Part shown: positions 11,591 to 24,952 of the stretch, in pieces
Position numbering within the stretch: position 1 is the stretch's first letter
Layout of the letters: every line of letters starts with the position of its first letter
DNA from: Mobula hypostoma
Lineage: Eukaryota
Assembly: GCF_963921235.1 (NCBI RefSeq)
Contig: NC_086108.1
Coordinates: 17,608,001-17,672,000 of the forward strand
Direction of reading: 5' to 3'
Length of the DNA: 64,000 bases
Position numbers and translations under genes: made by a program
Notes under the pieces: model-generated
Databases searched by the model: none
What the model saw: the letters and a program-made list of their open reading frames with translations, nothing else
Told to the model about the DNA's origin: nothing

Positions 11591-12139
11591 TGAAAACCAT
11601 TCTAATTGGTTACAACATGGAAACTCAAATACACAGGATCACAAGAGACCACAGAAATGGTGGACTCAGCAAGTCCCATCACAGGTACAGTCCTCCCCAC
11701 CATTGAGAACATCTACAAGAGTTGATGTGTCAGGAAGGTGATGTCCCTTATCAGGGAACCTCACCAACTTTTTTTAAAACTTGCAGAATGTGGACATCAC
11801 CGGCCAAACCAGCATTTATTGCCTATCCTTAGTTGCCCTTGAGAAGGTGGTGATGAGCTGAAACCATCCTGGAACCATTCTACATAGAAACATAGAAAAC
11901 CCACAGCGCAATACAGGCCCTTCGGTCCACAATGATGTGCCGAGCATGTACTTACTTTAGAAATTACCTAAGGTTACCCATAAAATAGAGGGCTATGGGT
12001 AAGCCTAGGTAGTTCTAAGTTTATAATATACAATGGTGCTGCTGGAAAAGGCTGATTTTCATGGCATTTTCACCCGGGGTACTGATGCTGATGACACAAT
12101 CTTGAACTTGAAGGTGAGCGACTGGGTAGGTTAATTGGC

Positions 12140-14207
12140 TGCTGCAAATTTTGGTGAGCGTGTGGTATGAGTATGCCTCAGCTGTCACGGACTTTATCTG
12201 GAAATGTACAGAGGACTGTGTGTCTCGCAAGACGATCCAGGTATTCCCTAACCGGAAACCTTGGATAAATTATGAGGTCAAGTCCCTTTTGAAGGCTAGA
12301 GCTGCAGCTTTTAGGTCCAGGGATACCAGTCGCTACACGGAATCCAGGCGTGAACTCCGGAAAGCAATTAAGGGCACCAAGACGCAATATCGAGCCAAGT
12401 TGGAAGCCCAGGATAACCAAAGGGATGCCGGTAAACTATGACAGGGTCTAAACGAGATCACTGGGCGCAAAGAAAAGGCTTGGAATATCAATAATTATGG
12501 TGCTTCTCTTCCTGACGAACTTAACGTATTCTACGCAGGATTTGAACAGAAGAGGAGCGTCCCGCTCAATTCGGATGAACCAGACCTGGTGGCATCGAGA
12601 TTCATCATCACCGAGGAGGACGAAAGAAAGGCCTTCCTGAAGATAAGTCCAAGGAAGGCGACGGGCCCAGATGGCGTCCCAGGACGGGTTCTCCAGGTCT
12701 GTGCAAGCGAGCTAGCTGGAGTGTTTGCTGACATCTTCAACTGCTCCTTGCTTCAGTCTAAGATTCCCCTCGTGTTTTAAGAAGGCAACGATAATCCTGG
12801 TGCCGAAGAAGAGCAAGGTGGCATGCCTGAATGACTATCGACCTGTGGCTCTGACATCAATTGCTATGAAGTGCTTCGAGCGATTGATTATGGCACACAT
12901 CAACCACAGCCTACAAGTCAACCTCGACACTTTGCAATTCACCTACCGGAGCAACAGGTCAATGGCAGATGCCATCTCTCTGGCCCTACATTCCTCCTTA
13001 GAACACCTGGAGAATAAAGATGCATATGTAAGGCTCCTTTTCATTGACTGCAGCTCTGCCTTTAATACCATCATTCCAAATAAACTGATTCCTAAGCTCT
13101 GGAACCTGGGCCTTTGTACTCAGATCTGCAGCTGGATCTTCAACTTCCTCACAGACAGGACCCACGCTGTAAAAATAGGGGACAAGCTCTCCTCTACAAT
13201 CACTCTGAGCATCGGTGCCCCACAAGGCTGTGTACTCAGCCCCCTGCTGTACTCACTGTACACCCATGATTGTGTAGCCAAGTTTCCATCGAACTCAATA
13301 TATAAGTTTGCTGATGACACCACAATTGTAGGCCGTATCTTGGGTAATGATGAGTTTGAGTACAGAGAGGAAATTAAGAACCTGGTGGCATGGGGCGAAG
13401 ACAATAACCTATCCCTCAACGTCAGCAAGGCGAAGGAATTGGTTGTTGACTTCAGAAAGAGTAGCGGACCGCACGACCCAATTTACATCGGTGGTGCGCA
13501 AAATGGAACAGGTCAAAAGCTTTAAGTTCCTCGGAGTCAATATCACAAATGACCTGACTTGGTCCAACCAAGCAGAGTCCACTGCCAAGAAGGCCCACCA
13601 GTGCCTTTACTTCCTGAGAAAGCTAAAGAAATTTGGCCTGTCCCCTAAAACCCTCACTAATTTTTATAAATGCACAGTAGAAAACATTCTTCTGGGGTGC
13701 ATCCCAACCTGGTATGGAAGTTGTCCGGTCCAAGACTGGAAGAAACTGCAGAAGATCGTGAACACAGACCAGCACATCACACAAACCAATCTTCCGTCCT
13801 TGGACTCACTTCACACCACACGCTGTCGGAGAAGTGCTGCCAGGATAATCAAGGACACGACCCACCCAGCCAACACACTTTCCGTCCCTCTTCCCTCTGG
13901 GAGAAGGCTCAGGAGCTTGAAGAGTCGTACAGCCAGATTTGGGAACAGCTTCTTTCCAACTGTGATAAGACTGCTGAACTGATCCTGACCCGGATCTGGG
14001 CTGTACCCTTCAAATTTCCGGACCTGCCTCTCAGTTTTTTTGCTCTACCTTACTTTCTCTGTTCTACTTTCGATTTATGATTTATAATTTAAATTTTTAC
14101 TATTTACTATTGATTTACTCCAGGGAGCGCGAAGCGCAGAATCAAATATCGCTGTGATAATTGTATGCTCTAGTATCAATTGTTTGGTGACAATAAAATA
14201 AAGTAAA
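12140..14207 (+). mobile_element. Rex1/Babar LINE, 5'-truncated, with a nearly complete RT and a few stops/frameshifts (young)
   Basis: ORFs 12151-12441, 12589-12780, 12725-13525 and 13347-13982 encode [64 protein letters not shown] and TARFGNSFFPTVIRLLN. The 3'UTR ends aataaaataaagtaaag. Confidence 0.95.
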
Positions 14208-15299
14208 GAGGGATGTTGATGGGACACATGAGAAAGTGGCTGGCAGGGAAGTAAGAAGGGAAGTGGGATTGATGGCTTCAAATGATGGCAAAGACTTAAT
14301 GGTCCAAAAGAACTTTGTTGGAAGGAGATACAGAGGGTAAGCATGAGTAGGTGGCAGAATGGGACTGGAGTTAGCTACTTCCAGCTAAATGTGAAAGAGC
14401 TCTTCCCCTGACACCTCCAGCTTTATAGACCCTGAACTAAGAGGCAAAATAATAGAAATAAATACATATTTGGGGTTTTGCCAGTTGCATGACTGAAAAT
14501 GGACTTGGACCAAAATCAAAGACATTGAATGAGTCTACTGCACTTTGTAAATCCGATTAGGTCCTTCCCAGAATTCATTAGGCTTGGTGTAACTCCTTGC
14601 CCTGAGTAACGACCCTCATGGAGCGTTGCAGGGAAAATTTCATCATTGGACTTTCCCACATAAAAAAGGTATTTGCAAATCGGCATTGGATTGGGAATCC
14701 TGTGGTAAATCCTTTGCTTCCCATTACAGGACACAGTGTCACCATCCTCACGTTGCCCACCCCACACCTCTCCCCACAGTCCTATTCACCACTTCCTGAC
14801 CCCTCTCGGGCCCCACCAACTTTTCCAGTAGACCGGGCCCCCAGTGCAGTGACTCATTATTAAACCTTTAGTCTCTGGAGTAGTACTGAGGGGTGGGGGG
14901 TTAGTAGCTTGATGCATGATGTAGAAGGCTGAGGTTTCCTGAAACACAGAGCGGGTTGCTACTTTATACTGTATCTTGCAGATGAAAATCTGAGGTCCTA
15001 ACCTTTAGGGTGGGTGAAAAAATTCTAGAGCATAACTTTGAAGAACAATGATAATTAATTAACCCAGTCAATAACTTCCCCTCTACCAACATTACTGCAA
15101 CAGATCATGTTTTTTTTAATAATTGGCTTGCAGTTCCTAGGACCTATTTCTTCATTGCTCATTAAATGCATTGGGCTACCCAGAGATTAAAAAAGACATC
15201 AAAGAAATTCAAGTCCTTTTATTGGGCTTCTGCGTGTCAAATGGTTGTTGTGATACATCTAGTTTGGTAGTGTAATGGGTAGTGCTTGTCACTCTCACT

Positions 15300-15862
15300 T
15301 TCAATTTCCACCGCTGGCTAGCAGTCTTGCGAAAAGGAGAGCTGAATGCACACATTTCTCCCTGCTAGTACAGAGCCTCTCCAACAGCAAGCTTTGTAGT
15401 GCTTTCTCGCTGGCTACACATGGAAAATGAACACCTTTCGGACTCAGGCTGAACTACAGAGGATGGGAAGGAGGTCTGGCCCCTGCATATGTAGCACGCA
15501 GGTGTGTGGACATGCCCTGGTACTCATGAACCAGATCCCCAGCTATGTGCCACTGCCTTGTGGGTAGCATTGGGAAGGATGAAGGCTACGGGAGTAAATC
15601 CAGACAGAAAATTCAGGGCGGAGACTCTAACGCAGATGACGTCACTGACCATCCTCCTAGCAGCTCCTGCAGCCAAGCTGTTGCCAAACATATTGCTTCA
15701 TTTTCCTTTGGAATATACAGGTGAGGCTGAGAGGGGGATACTGGGCATCCCAGGATCTTCATACCCTCTACCCAGGCTTGTGTCTTAGAGAGGTCACTCC
15801 AGTGCCACTATCCGTTGTCCTTCGAGATGGATGGATGCCATCATCTTCATCATCATCATCAG
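15300..15862 (+). mobile_element. Probable RTE-related non-autonomous retroelement
   Basis: Resembles the RTE 5' region (gaaggctacgggagtaaatccagacagaaaattcagggcggag) and has a (CAT)n 3' tail. No RT is recognisable. Confidence 0.4.
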
Positions 15863-16169
15863 GTTTCTACAACCACATAGAGGACTATTCTTCATATGAG
15901 TTCAGGGAATAATTTTGGGGAAGATATTTGATGATAGAAGAATCACAATAAAGCTTATTGTAGCTCTCACCTGACTGCCTGACAGTGATGCTGTAATCCA
16001 AACTGATCTTCAGACCCCACTTCCCCTTTCCTTCCGTTGAGTGGTAAGATTGTTGAAGGGGTTAGGGGCAATTGGTACTAAAGTGTCCATGGAGACCAGT
16101 TATCCGGGCACAGCCCTGAGATATAATCAGCAGCCTTCAATTGTGTACATTTCTGATCATGGCTTACAA

Positions 16170-17230
16170 CGGGTTTGGGGTGGGTAGAGAAGTTCACCAG
16201 GATGCTGACTGAATTAGAGAGTATTAGCTATAAGGTTAGACTGAACAAACTTGGTTTGTTTTCTCTGGATGGGCAGAGGCTGAGGGGAGACCTGAAAGAG
16301 GATTATGAGATTATGAGAGGAAAATATAGGGTAGACAGTTTGAACCTTTACCCCAAAGTAGAAATGTCAAACATTAGAGGACATAATTTTAAAGTTCAAA
16401 AGAGATGTGTAGGGCAAGTGTTTTTACACAGAGTAGTAAGTGCCAAAACGTGCTGCCTGGGGAAGTCATAGAGGCAGATGTAATAAACACACTTAAGAAA
16501 CTATTTTATAGGCATGTGATTGTGCAGGTAATAGAGGGATGTGGATCGTCTACACTCAGATAAATCTATTTTAATTTGACATTAATGTCAGCACAGACAT
16601 AGAATGTAGAAAATAGAACAGTATAGCACAAGAACAGACCCTTTGGCCCACAATGTTGTTCTGAACAAATTAAATTAATAATCAAATGGACAACTAAACT
16701 AATTCCTTTTGCCCGCACGATGTCCATATCCTTCCATTTTCCTCACATTTATGTGCCCATCTAAACATCTCTTAAAAGTACCTAAGGTACCTCTACCATC
16801 GCTCCAAGCAACGCATTCTAGGCACCCATCACTTGCTGTGTAAAAAATCTGCCCCTCACATTGCCTTTCTCATAATCTTATAAACCTCTAAAGTCACCAG
16901 AGAAAAACAGCCCAAGTTTGTACAACCTTTTGTTAGAGCACATGTCCTCTAATCCAGACAGCATTCCAGTAAATTTCTTCCGCACTCTTCCCAAAGCTTC
17001 AACATGCTTCCTATAATGGATTTCAAAAGTCAAGTGGTTATATTGCTTTATAGAACTCTGGTTAGGCCACATCTGTATTGCATACAGTTCTGGTCACCCT
17101 ACTATAAGAAGCTTTGGAGCTTCAAAGGGGATGTGAGGAGTAAGTTTTTTTATTCAGAGAGTGATGGATGCCTGGAATGTGCTACCTGATATAGTGGTAG
17201 AGGCTTTTAAGAGATGTTTAGTTAAGCACA
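16170..17230. mobile_element. Cluster of CR1 3' fragments: + 16170-16600, - 16600-17016, + 17017-17230 (the last resumes at 19193-19330)
   Basis: KFTRML.ELESISYK.RL.KLGLFSL on plus; HYRKHVEALGRVRKKFT on minus; LYRTLVRPHL.YCIQFWSP on plus. Confidence 0.8.
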
Positions 17231-19192
17231 AGCTGCAGGACTCCTGCAATGACATCAACTGGAATGTCTCCCACGATGAAAATGCCTCCAAGTTCACCGA
17301 TGGAGTCACGTGCTTCATCCAGAAGTACATCGACAATAGTGTCCCCCAGAAGTCGGTCAGGGTCTTCCCGAACCAGAAACCCTGGATCAATAGTTCCGTG
17401 CGAGCAGCACTTACAGCGCGACATCGAGCTTACATCACTGGTGATCAGCTAGGGCTTAAGAAAAGCAGCTACAATCTGCCCAAAGCTATCAAGGCTGCGA
17501 AACAACAATATAGGGAGAAGATTGAGTCAAGATTCACAATGAATAGCATACACGACTTGTGGCGAGGGCTGCATACCATCGCAGACTTCAAAGCCAAACG
17601 TTGGGCTGCTGCCAACATCACAACCTCTCTCCCAGAAAAGCTCATCACTTTTATGTTCAGTTTGATGTCGCTAACTATGAGCCTCCAAGGAAAGCCACCG
17701 CCACAACCTGCAACCTGGTCATCTTTGTATGCGGATGTTTCCAATGAGTGGACAGTCGCAACGGTTCGGGACTGGACGGCATCTCAGGATGAGTACTCAG
17801 GATGTGTGCAGCACAACTGGCAGGTGTGTTTACTGACAGTTTTAATTCCTCCCTCTCTCAGCGTAGAGTGCCCTCCTGCTTCAAATTATCCACTATTGTC
17901 CCTGTACCAAAAAAGACTAAGGTAACGTGCTTGAACGACTAGCGTCCTGTCGCACTCATCTCAAAAATAAGCAAAAGCTTTGAGAGGCTGGTCAAGGATT
18001 ACATCTGCAGCATGCTACCACCCACACTACCACCCCTACAATTCACCTACTGACACAACAGATCGACAGATGACACAATAGCCACTGCTCTACATACCGT
18101 CCTTACACATCTGGAGAAGAAGGATGCTTCTGTGAGAATGCTGGTCTTGGACTACAGTTCAGCATTCAACAGCATAGTTCCATCCAGGTTCGACAAGAAG
18201 CTCAGAGACCTCGGCCTTTTTGACCCTCCCTTGTGCAGCTGGATCCTGGACTTCCTGTCAGATTGCCAGCAGGTGGTAAGAGTGGGCTCCCTCACCTCCA
18301 CGCCTCTGACTGTCAATACAGGAACCCCTCAGGGCTGTGTACTGAGTCCCCTCCTTTACTCCCTGTATACCCATGACTGTGTCACCACCCACAGCTCCAA
18401 TCTGCTAATGACGACACTACATTGCCTTATCTTAAACAATAACGAGGTGGCCTACAGGGAAGAAGTCATCTCTCTGACACAGTGGTGTCAAGAAAACAGC
18501 CTCTCTCTCAATGTCGCCAAAACAAAGGAGCTGGTTGTGGATTACAGGAGAAATGGAGACTGCCTAACCCTTATTGACATCAATGGATTTGGGGTTGAGA
18601 GGGTAAACAGCTTTAAGTTCCTCGGCATCCACATCACCGAGGACCTCACATGGTCTGTAAGCATCAGCTGTGTGGTGAAAAAGGCACAACAGCACCTCTT
18701 TCCCCTCAGACGGTTGAGTAAGTTTGGTATGGGCCCCCAAATCCTAAGAACTTTCTACAGGGGCACAATAGAGAGCATCCTGACAGGCTGCATCACTGTC
18801 TGGTATGGAAACTGTACTCTGCAGAGGATGGTGTGGACAGCCCAGCGCATCTGAAGTTGTGAACTTTCCATGACACAGGACATTTACAAGGACAGGTGTG
18901 TAGGATCATTGGAGACCCAAGTCACCCAAACCACAATCTATTCCAGCTGCTACCATCTGGGAAATGGTACTGCAGCATAAAAGCCAGGACCAACAGGCTC
19001 CAGGACAGTTTCTTCCACCAGGCCATCAGAGTGATTAACTCATGCTGATTTGAGTGTACTCTATATTACATTGACTGTTCTATTTATTATAAATTATCAC
19101 GATTGTACATTTAGCCGGAAGACTTAACGCAAAGATTTTTTACTCATGTATGTGAAGGATGTAAGAGTTAAAGTCAATTCAATTCAGTTCAA
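17231..19192 (+). mobile_element. Rex1/Babar LINE inserted into a CR1 3' end
   Basis: ORFs 17161-17925 (FPNQKPWIN) and 18132-18854 ([27 protein letters not shown]), with an (AATTC)n tail. The host CR1 3'UTR resumes at ~19193. Confidence 0.92.
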
Positions 19193-19839
19193 TACATGAA
19201 TACGAGGAAGATGGAGGGATATGACATTGTGCAGGTAGGAAGGATTTTTAAAAATTTATTTTTTAGCTGGTTTGGCACAACTCTATGGGCTGAAGGACCT
19301 GTTCCTGTGCTGTACTGTTCTATGTTCTATTTTACCAGAACTGTAAGTAATACAGCAGAAGCAGCTGAACTAGAGTTTTATAAAGCTGAAACATGACTTG
19401 CTGACTTTTGAACTCAGTGCTTTGACTAATAAAGGCAAGCATGCCATATGCCTTCTAACCACCATGATATGCCAAAGGGCCAGTTCCTGTGCTGTACTCT
19501 TCTATGTTCTTGCTGCTAATGTCTTGACACCCACTGGGCAGTGAAGGTTGTTTAGCATGGTACTCTGTGTAATACACAATACATAAAACATATGTGCATC
19601 TGCTGCTGTGTATCTTTGCCAGACTGCTGAGAAGGCAGGAACAGCAACTCTAAAAACCGTGAAAATATTAATTAGACAAATACGTTTGGGCTTAAAAGTA
19701 AATATGAATGAGTACATCCAAAAATAGATTGTTTTGCTGGATAGATTGCACATTCTAAAATGGAACAAGCTGTCCTCTGGGAGCTGTCAATATAGGATTT
19801 TCTAGTGCTTAGAGAAATACGCAGCTTTCAGTGCACTGA

Positions 19840-20470
19840 CATCCCTCCCTCTCTCTCTCCTACTCTCAATTTCTATCCTTTTCCCTCTCTATTTCTCTCC
19901 CTCTGCCTCTCCCCGTTTTCCATCTTTCTCTCTCTACTTGTATCTCTTTATATCCTTCTGTGCACTGTCTCTTTGTCACCTACATACTTATCCATTACTA
20001 ATTCTATCGATTTTTACCACTGAATACCTTTCCCTTTCTCTCTTTCCCCACTCTCTGCTTTTCTATCTCTCTATTCTTATCCATCTTTATCTGTCTCTAT
20101 CCATCTTATTTCTTTGCATTTTTTGTTCCCTCTTTTTCTGTCTCTCTTTGTAATCTCTCTCTACTTTTCTCTCATTATTTCTGTTTTTTCTCCCTTTGAC
20201 TTTCTCACCCTCCCACCATTTCTCCTGCTCCTACTCTATTTTGCTCTGTTTGCTCCCGCTCTAACTCTCTGATTCTGCTTCCAATTTCTCTTTCACTCAG
20301 ATTCTCTCTCACCAGTACACACATTCTCCCCTTTTTCTTCTATTTTGCCTCTCCACGTCCCCAACTCTTCTCTCCCTGCATCTCTCTCACACCATCTCCC
20401 TTGCTTCTTTACTCTCTCCCTCTCTCCTTGATCTCTCCCCTTCTCACTCTCTCTCCCACTGTCTTACTCT
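19840..20470 (+). repeat. CT-rich low-complexity tract
   Basis: About 630 bp of polypyrimidine-rich sequence. Confidence 0.9.
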
Positions 20471-20889
20471 GTAATAGAGGTCACATGCCCGAGACTACTA
20501 TAGGGCAATGACCTGGGTTTAAGCAACAAACAACTAATGTTGTCTGGTTGAGAGGGGAGATTGTGAATGCAGAGATTTCAAAACTTCTCTTTTGAATTAT
20601 TTGGCAAGAATATTCATAGGTGGGGTGGGGCATTTTAGAGAGCTTTTGGGAAAAGTTAAATGGAAACTCACATGGAGGCAACATCCAAAAACAGTGTCAG
20701 AAGTTCCACTGCACAAGCATCAGCCACTGTAGAGACCTCACACGTTGCTCTGATTGCATCTTATCAATATGGAATAATTGGGGTGCTAGAAATAAGCACA
20801 GAAAGCAAACAGTCTGCTGGATGTATACAGTGGGTCAGTGTAGGTCAGAGGATAGGAACTGTCAATTCTTTGAGATGAAACCCTGAATT

Positions 20890-21300
20890 AGGATGGATAG
20901 GTGCAAAATGAGGATAATGGGAGTGGTGAGACAGGGGCTAAAGGCGATTGGTAGACTGAAGAGGGAAGAAGGATGAAGGGAGACGGAACGAAGTGTGGTG
21001 GAGACAGGATATGTTTCAAGAGTGATAAGCAGGAACACAAAGGGTTACCAGTGCTGGGGTAGATGTAAGGAAGGCAATAATGGACACTATTAGAGGAGAG
21101 TGGGCCCTTATGAGAAAAGGCCCAGACGGGGAATGTTAGGGAGAGTCTGTGGGAGAAATGTGTGGGGAGCAGGTAAATGAAACTGGGAGGAGTATGAAAT
21201 TGCGTGATGGGGGTCTGGAGGAGGGAGGAATGGGAATGGAGACAAAAATAGGACAGTTGGACGATTGGAAGAAGGCAGTGTTGGGGGGGGGGGAGGAACA
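20890..21300 (+). repeat. G/A-rich low-complexity tract
   Basis: Strong G/A skew with a poly-G run near 21282. Confidence 0.7.
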
Positions 21301-21752
21301 CACTGAACCTGGGATACTCTGCTAGTAGTATTCTTCTAGCCCGGAAAGGACCTATATATTCTAACACTGTTGGTGTTTATGAGCCAACAAGTTTTTATTC
21401 CAAGCTAAGACACTTCCTTCAACAACCTGGGCTCTAAATTTATGCACCAGCTTCTTATGTTCCACATTGTTAAATACCTTTTTGAAATCCACAGATATAT
21501 ATGCTACACCTACAGGTTCTCTCCCTCCTGCATCATTGAGGTACACTGTAAAAAATGGTCATCTCCTTACCTTTTTAACAACAATGCTTTACACTGCAAT
21601 TCTTAAAACTAAAAGGTATTAATGTAAAATAGAGCAAAAATAAATCCAACAGAATCACATCTACACGAGGAATTGGCTGATTATCAGCCTACCATTCCAA
21701 TACCCTTACGTATACAAACGTAAACAAAACTGAAATGTCTTTTCATGCTTAC

Positions 21753-21764
21753 TTTCCACGAAAC
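21753..21764 (-). CDS. Candidate 12-nt microexon, or the 3' end of a 43-nt ATG exon (21795->21753), of an upstream RXR isoform
   Basis: The minus strand reads tgtattttatttcag|GTTTCGTGGAAA|gtaagcatg. It preserves frame, is compatible with phase 1, and lies in a repeat-free AT-rich island. No expression evidence. Confidence 0.3.
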
Positions 21765-24394
21765 CTGAAATAAAATACACTGAGCTAATGTTCATAAAAG
21801 CAGATTTTTGCTGGTTTCTTAAAAATCCTTGGCATAAATACTATAAATACTGTATGAATGTTGGAGAGCAAAGAGAAAGATGACAGGAACTTGCTGATTA
21901 GAGTGGGAATGAGTGAAGTATGAAAGGTGGAGAGACAGAGATACAAGAAATGCTGGAGGAACTCAGCATGTCAGGCAGCTTCTATGGAGGGAAATGAACA
22001 AACAACATTTCAGGTCAAGACCCTTCCACTGGACTGGATATCAAGATGGAGTCAGCTGGTCGAGATGGAGTTCTTTGATGCAGAAGGCTTACCTGGATCT
22101 TACCTGGCTCATCAAACAGCTTGGTCACATTTGTGGCTAAGGGATAGTTCCTCCACCATTTTCTGTGTGTTGCTAAGGGATGTGTTTTTGCCATATAAAT
22201 GAATAGTGTCATAAATTAATTTCTCATTGTTCTCATTGAGAAGTGTTGGTTTCCCTGGCTATAACACAGCAATGATGGGCATAACAGGATTTAAAATTTT
22301 ATAGGGTTATTTCCTCTTAAGGCTGAAAAAGCCTGAAGTTCAAATTTCTACCAGCACCTCCTGAAGGGGAGCTCAGCAAAGGCAGTAAATGTCAGCTTTG
22401 CCACCACTGTCATAACAACAAATGAAAGAAAACTTTGAACAATTATATCCTCTCTTTTCCCCAAACGACAGGCTCCATCCTACACTTTGCTTATACTCAC
22501 TGATATTCGGTTCGTTTCTTTTTAGCAGAATTTTATACTTTTTTTCAGAGGTATCTCTTTAACTGGAGCTCCACAGTTCTTAAGAAACAATAGGTAGCTT
22601 TCCAAATTAAATTGTGCCTATTGAAAATCACAGTAATGAAGTGTAAACTAAATAGGTTTGCACCGTGCATACACAGTTGCAAACCTATTTACTCACATCT
22701 ACTTTTACTGTTAAAATAATCTGAGAAAAACATTCTTTGAGAGGCTCTAAACTGACAGTAAGCTTTGTTAAGAGGGCAAGGTTCTCAAAGTAATCCCAGC
22801 CCATGTGTTTTGGATAAATGCCAACTCACCTACTCATGGATGTTGATAAAGTTATGGCATTGAGGCCAGGAAGATAAGTCATAAGTCATAAGTCACAAGG
22901 CACTTCACTGCAACTTAAATATACACTAACGCAGCGCATTAAGAACCAAAAATGCCTTTCTTTAAATCATCTTTTGTTTGGCTGATGACATCATTAACAG
23001 GTCCAGTGTTTAATGCCTATCTCTAACTGCCCTTTTAGAAGCGTTAGCTGCCTTCTTGAACCATTGGATTCCTTCTTGTGAAGGTTCTCCCACAGTGCTG
23101 TTGGGAAGGCAGTTCCAACATTTAGACCCAATGATGGTGAAGGTTTAGTACTGTCTGCAGGCGGCGCAGAGGGAAACACTACACAGTGCATTGTGCACCA
23201 GTGGTGGATATTGTGAATGTTTAGTATGGTGGATGGGAAACCATCCAAGACAAATCAACCCATTTGATTGGTGACAAGTTTTGAGTTTTCTTAGTGCTAG
23301 ACTCATTCAGCCAAGTGGAGTGTGTTCCACTTAACTTGAGCAATACAAAATGTCAAAAATTACTTTCTTCCCGTAGATGTTTTCAACCCAATGAATTTTT
23401 TTTTTACCCATCTGTGTCACCAACAGTTGATGTATGCCATGCTCTTGTCTAGATGCTTCTTAAGATGGTTCCAGCATCTGCTGTGTCATATCTTGCCCCT
23501 TGTAGATTGTGGAAAGGACTCAGGGAGCAGGAGGTAGGTCACTTATTGCCCAAGTTACCCATCCTCTGACCTGCTTTTGTAGACATGGTATTTAAGAGAT
23601 TCCTGTCAATGGTGAACCCCACACACACCCCCAGGATGTTAGATGGTGGGCATTTCCCAATGCAATGTCTGTTAATGTAGAGGGTAAGTGATAAGATGTA
23701 CTTTTGCAGATGGGCATATTCTGGTTTCACTGTGATAGAGCAAATATTGCTTTCCACATCAGCTCCTGCCAAAATATCATCTAGGTCTCATTGCATACAG
23801 GTATGAACTTCTTTGCTGAGAATTTGTGAATAGAATTGATTATATTACAACCATGGACTCTATTTAGAATTCTTACTGCCATGGTAAAGCAGCCATCTAC
23901 CTCACACATTCTGTTTTCACCTTTTATTGAGCAGAAGATACAAAAGCCTTAAGGTATGTACAAACTTTGTACATCGAGGCTCAAGGACAGCTTCTAGCCT
24001 GCTGTTATGAGAACACTGAATGGTGCACTAGGACAATAAGGTAGACTCTTGGCCTCACAATCTACTTTATGATGGCCCTTGCATCTTATTGTCTATCAGC
24101 ACTACACTTTCTCCGTAAGGCAGGGTTTGAGGGTCAGCACAACAACGTGGACTGAAGGGCCTGTACTGTTCTATACTATTCTATGTAACACTATATTCTG
24201 CACTTGGTTATTGGTTTACCTTATAATAACTCAATGTACTGTTGTAAAGAAGTGTTCTGTGTAGATAGTATGTAAAACAAACTTTTCACTGTACCAGGCA
24301 ACAATAATAAACTGATTTACCGACATCTCCACATTTGACATTCTGTTGGGAGGAAGGCCCCAAAGCACGTTGTATGGAATGAATATGAGTGACA

Positions 24395-24700
24395 GAGTGG
24401 TACAGCGGGGGGAGCTGCTTCTTCTCAATTCCTGTCACCCCACATCCCTCCCAGATTCAAATCTGATCTCTGATGTTGTATGTGTAGAACATGTTCTCCC
24501 TGTGACCTGTGTGGACTTTCCATCGATGCTCTGGTTTCCTTCCACATAGAGTTTGGTAGGTTAATTACTCCCTGTAAAGTGGGAGGGTTGATGGGAACGT
24601 GAGGAAACTAAAATGAGATTAACATAGGGTTAATGTAAATGTGTTCTTGATGATCAGCACAGACTTGTTGGGCTGAAGGGCTTGTTTCCATGTGCTGTGT
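24395..24700 (+). mobile_element. HE1/V-SINE-like SINE
   Basis: agtggtacagcgg...gagctgct head, tgtgtgtagaacatgttctccctgtgacc core, and gggctgaagggcttgtttcc CR1-like tail. Confidence 0.65.
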
Positions 24701-24799
24701 GTTATCCTCAGATTTCAGTCCAAATCAAACAGATTCAAAACTGGAAAAAACAGAGTGAAGGCAAGACTGAAAGCAAGGGACAGAGTGAGACACGTATTA

Positions 24800-24952
24800 C
24801 AGTCGACCTTCACTAATCCGACTACCTGTAATCCGGTTCCTTTGATAATCTGCCACTGATTATGCTTAATATGATCCTTCTGTAATTCGGCATTTTCACT
24901 AATCCGGCACTCCTCAGGTCCAAATGATACCGAATTAGTGAAGGTCGACCTG
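24800..24952. mobile_element. Tc1/mariner-superfamily (pogo/Tigger-like) MITE, 153 bp
   Basis: TA|CAGTCGACCTTCACTAATCCG ... CGAATTAGTGAAGGTCGACCTG|TA: near-perfect ~21-bp TIRs with a TA TSD. Confidence 0.88.

Noticed and set aside
22990..23880. Unique regulatory or coding sequence (ORFs 22994-23248 and 23539-23772)
   Set aside because: It resembles an ancient LINE remnant, with related text at ~11780-11860 and ~39170-39370, and is too decayed to classify.
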